Assembly: GCA_963809265.1 (NCBI GenBank)
Contig: CAWEJC010000008.1
Span: 211,550-275,549, forward strand
DNA: 64,000 nt
Source: an uncultured Actinomycetota bacterium
GTDB taxonomy: Bacteria > Actinomycetota > Actinomycetes > Propionibacteriales > Nocardioidaceae
Reading direction: 5' to 3'
Shown: positions 63,336-64,000 of the stretch, piece after piece
How positions within the stretch are numbered: the stretch's first letter is position 1
Layout of the letters: each line of letters begins with the position of its first letter
Made by a program: the position numbers and the translations under genes
The notes under the pieces: generated by a model
Seen by the model: the letters and a program-made list of their open reading frames with translations, nothing else
What the model was told of the DNA's origin: nothing
The model's database searches: none

Positions 63336-64000
63336 ATGACCGACCGCTACCAGGACTTCGCGTCCTCCTCCCTGGGCAGGCTGCTGGTGAAGAACCTCGG
63401 GCTGCCCGACCCGGTCACGCTCGAGCGGTACGTCGCGGGGTCGCCGCTGGTGACCGGCACCGTCGTCCTGGGCGGCACCGGCCGGCTTGCCGAGCACCTG
63501 CCGGTGATCCTCGAGGAGCTCGGCATCGACACGACGGCGACCACCGAGGCCGGCAGTCGCTACAAGGGGCTGGTCTTCGACGCCACCGGGCTCACCGACC
63601 CCGGGCAGCTGGTCGCCCTCCGCGACTTCTTCACCCCGCTGATGCGCAGCCTCGAGACCTGCGCTCGGCTCGTGGTGCTCGGCACTCCCCCCGAGCAGGT
63701 GTCCGGCGCCGAGCGGATCGCCCAGCGCGCGCTCGAGGGCTTCACCCGGAGCCTCGGCAAGGAGGTCGGCCGTGGCGGCACGTCGCAGCTGGTCTACGTC
63801 ACCGACGGCGCCGAGGGTGCGGTCGGGTCGACCCTGGGCTTCCTGCTGTCGCCGAAGTCGGCGTACGTCTCGGGGCAGGTCGTGCGCATCGGCACGTCGG
63901 TGAAGGAGCCGGCCGAGCACCCCGACTGGCAGCGCCCCCTGGCCGGCAAGGTCGCGCTGGTCACCGGCGCCGCCCGCGGCATCGGCGAGCAGATCGCCCG
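63336..64000 (+). CDS. FabG4-like high-molecular-weight 3-oxoacyl reductase (runs off the window)
   Basis: Manual translation MTDRYQDF...LGLPDPVTLERY...FDATG...QRALEGFTRSLGKE...SAYVSGQ...LAGKVALVTGAARGIG; AGGAG RBS; divergent from the thiolase. Confidence 0.9.
   Translation, partial: MTDRYQDFASSSLGRLLVKNLGLPDPVTLERYVAGSPLVTGTVVLGGTGRLAEHLPVILEELGIDTTATTEAGSRYKGLVFDATGLTDPGQLVALRDFFTPLMRSLETCARLVVLGTPPEQVSGAERIAQRALEGFTRSLGKEVGRGGTSQLVYVTDGAEGAVGSTLGFLLSPKSAYVSGQVVRIGTSVKEPAEHPDWQRPLAGKVALVTGAARGIGEQIA

Overview
High-GC actinobacterial chromosome segment, Nocardioides-like by gene content and intergenic repeats. It holds the conserved uvrC-rapZ-yvcK-whiA-gap-pgk-tpiA block, uvrA, uvrB, ligB, an AlkA-like glycosylase, a DUF222/HNH gene, a LysR-linked detoxification cluster, secreted metalloproteases, an xylFGH-like sugar ABC transporter with a ROK repressor, a fadA2/fabG4/TetR locus and a TerC gene behind a yybP-ykoY (Mn2+) riboswitch. 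About 15 genes, including uvrA, uvrB and ligB, carry small frameshifts, most likely long-read or assembly indels. Main findings: (1) a four-gene GT4 / methyltransferase / (alpha/alpha)6 hydrolase / Methyltransf_24 cluster resembling the mycobacterial methylmannose-polysaccharide locus, extended by a coupled esterase, with both convergent halves sharing one promoter/operator motif; (2) six PafBC (RecA-NDp)-type promoters plus a LexA box, suggesting a DNA-damage regulon; (3) REP-like palindromes with compensatory changes; (4) a cytoplasmic class-A-beta-lactamase-fold + YkfC-like pair. No tRNA, rRNA, CRISPR array or transposase was seen. Family calls come from motif recognition, not database searches.
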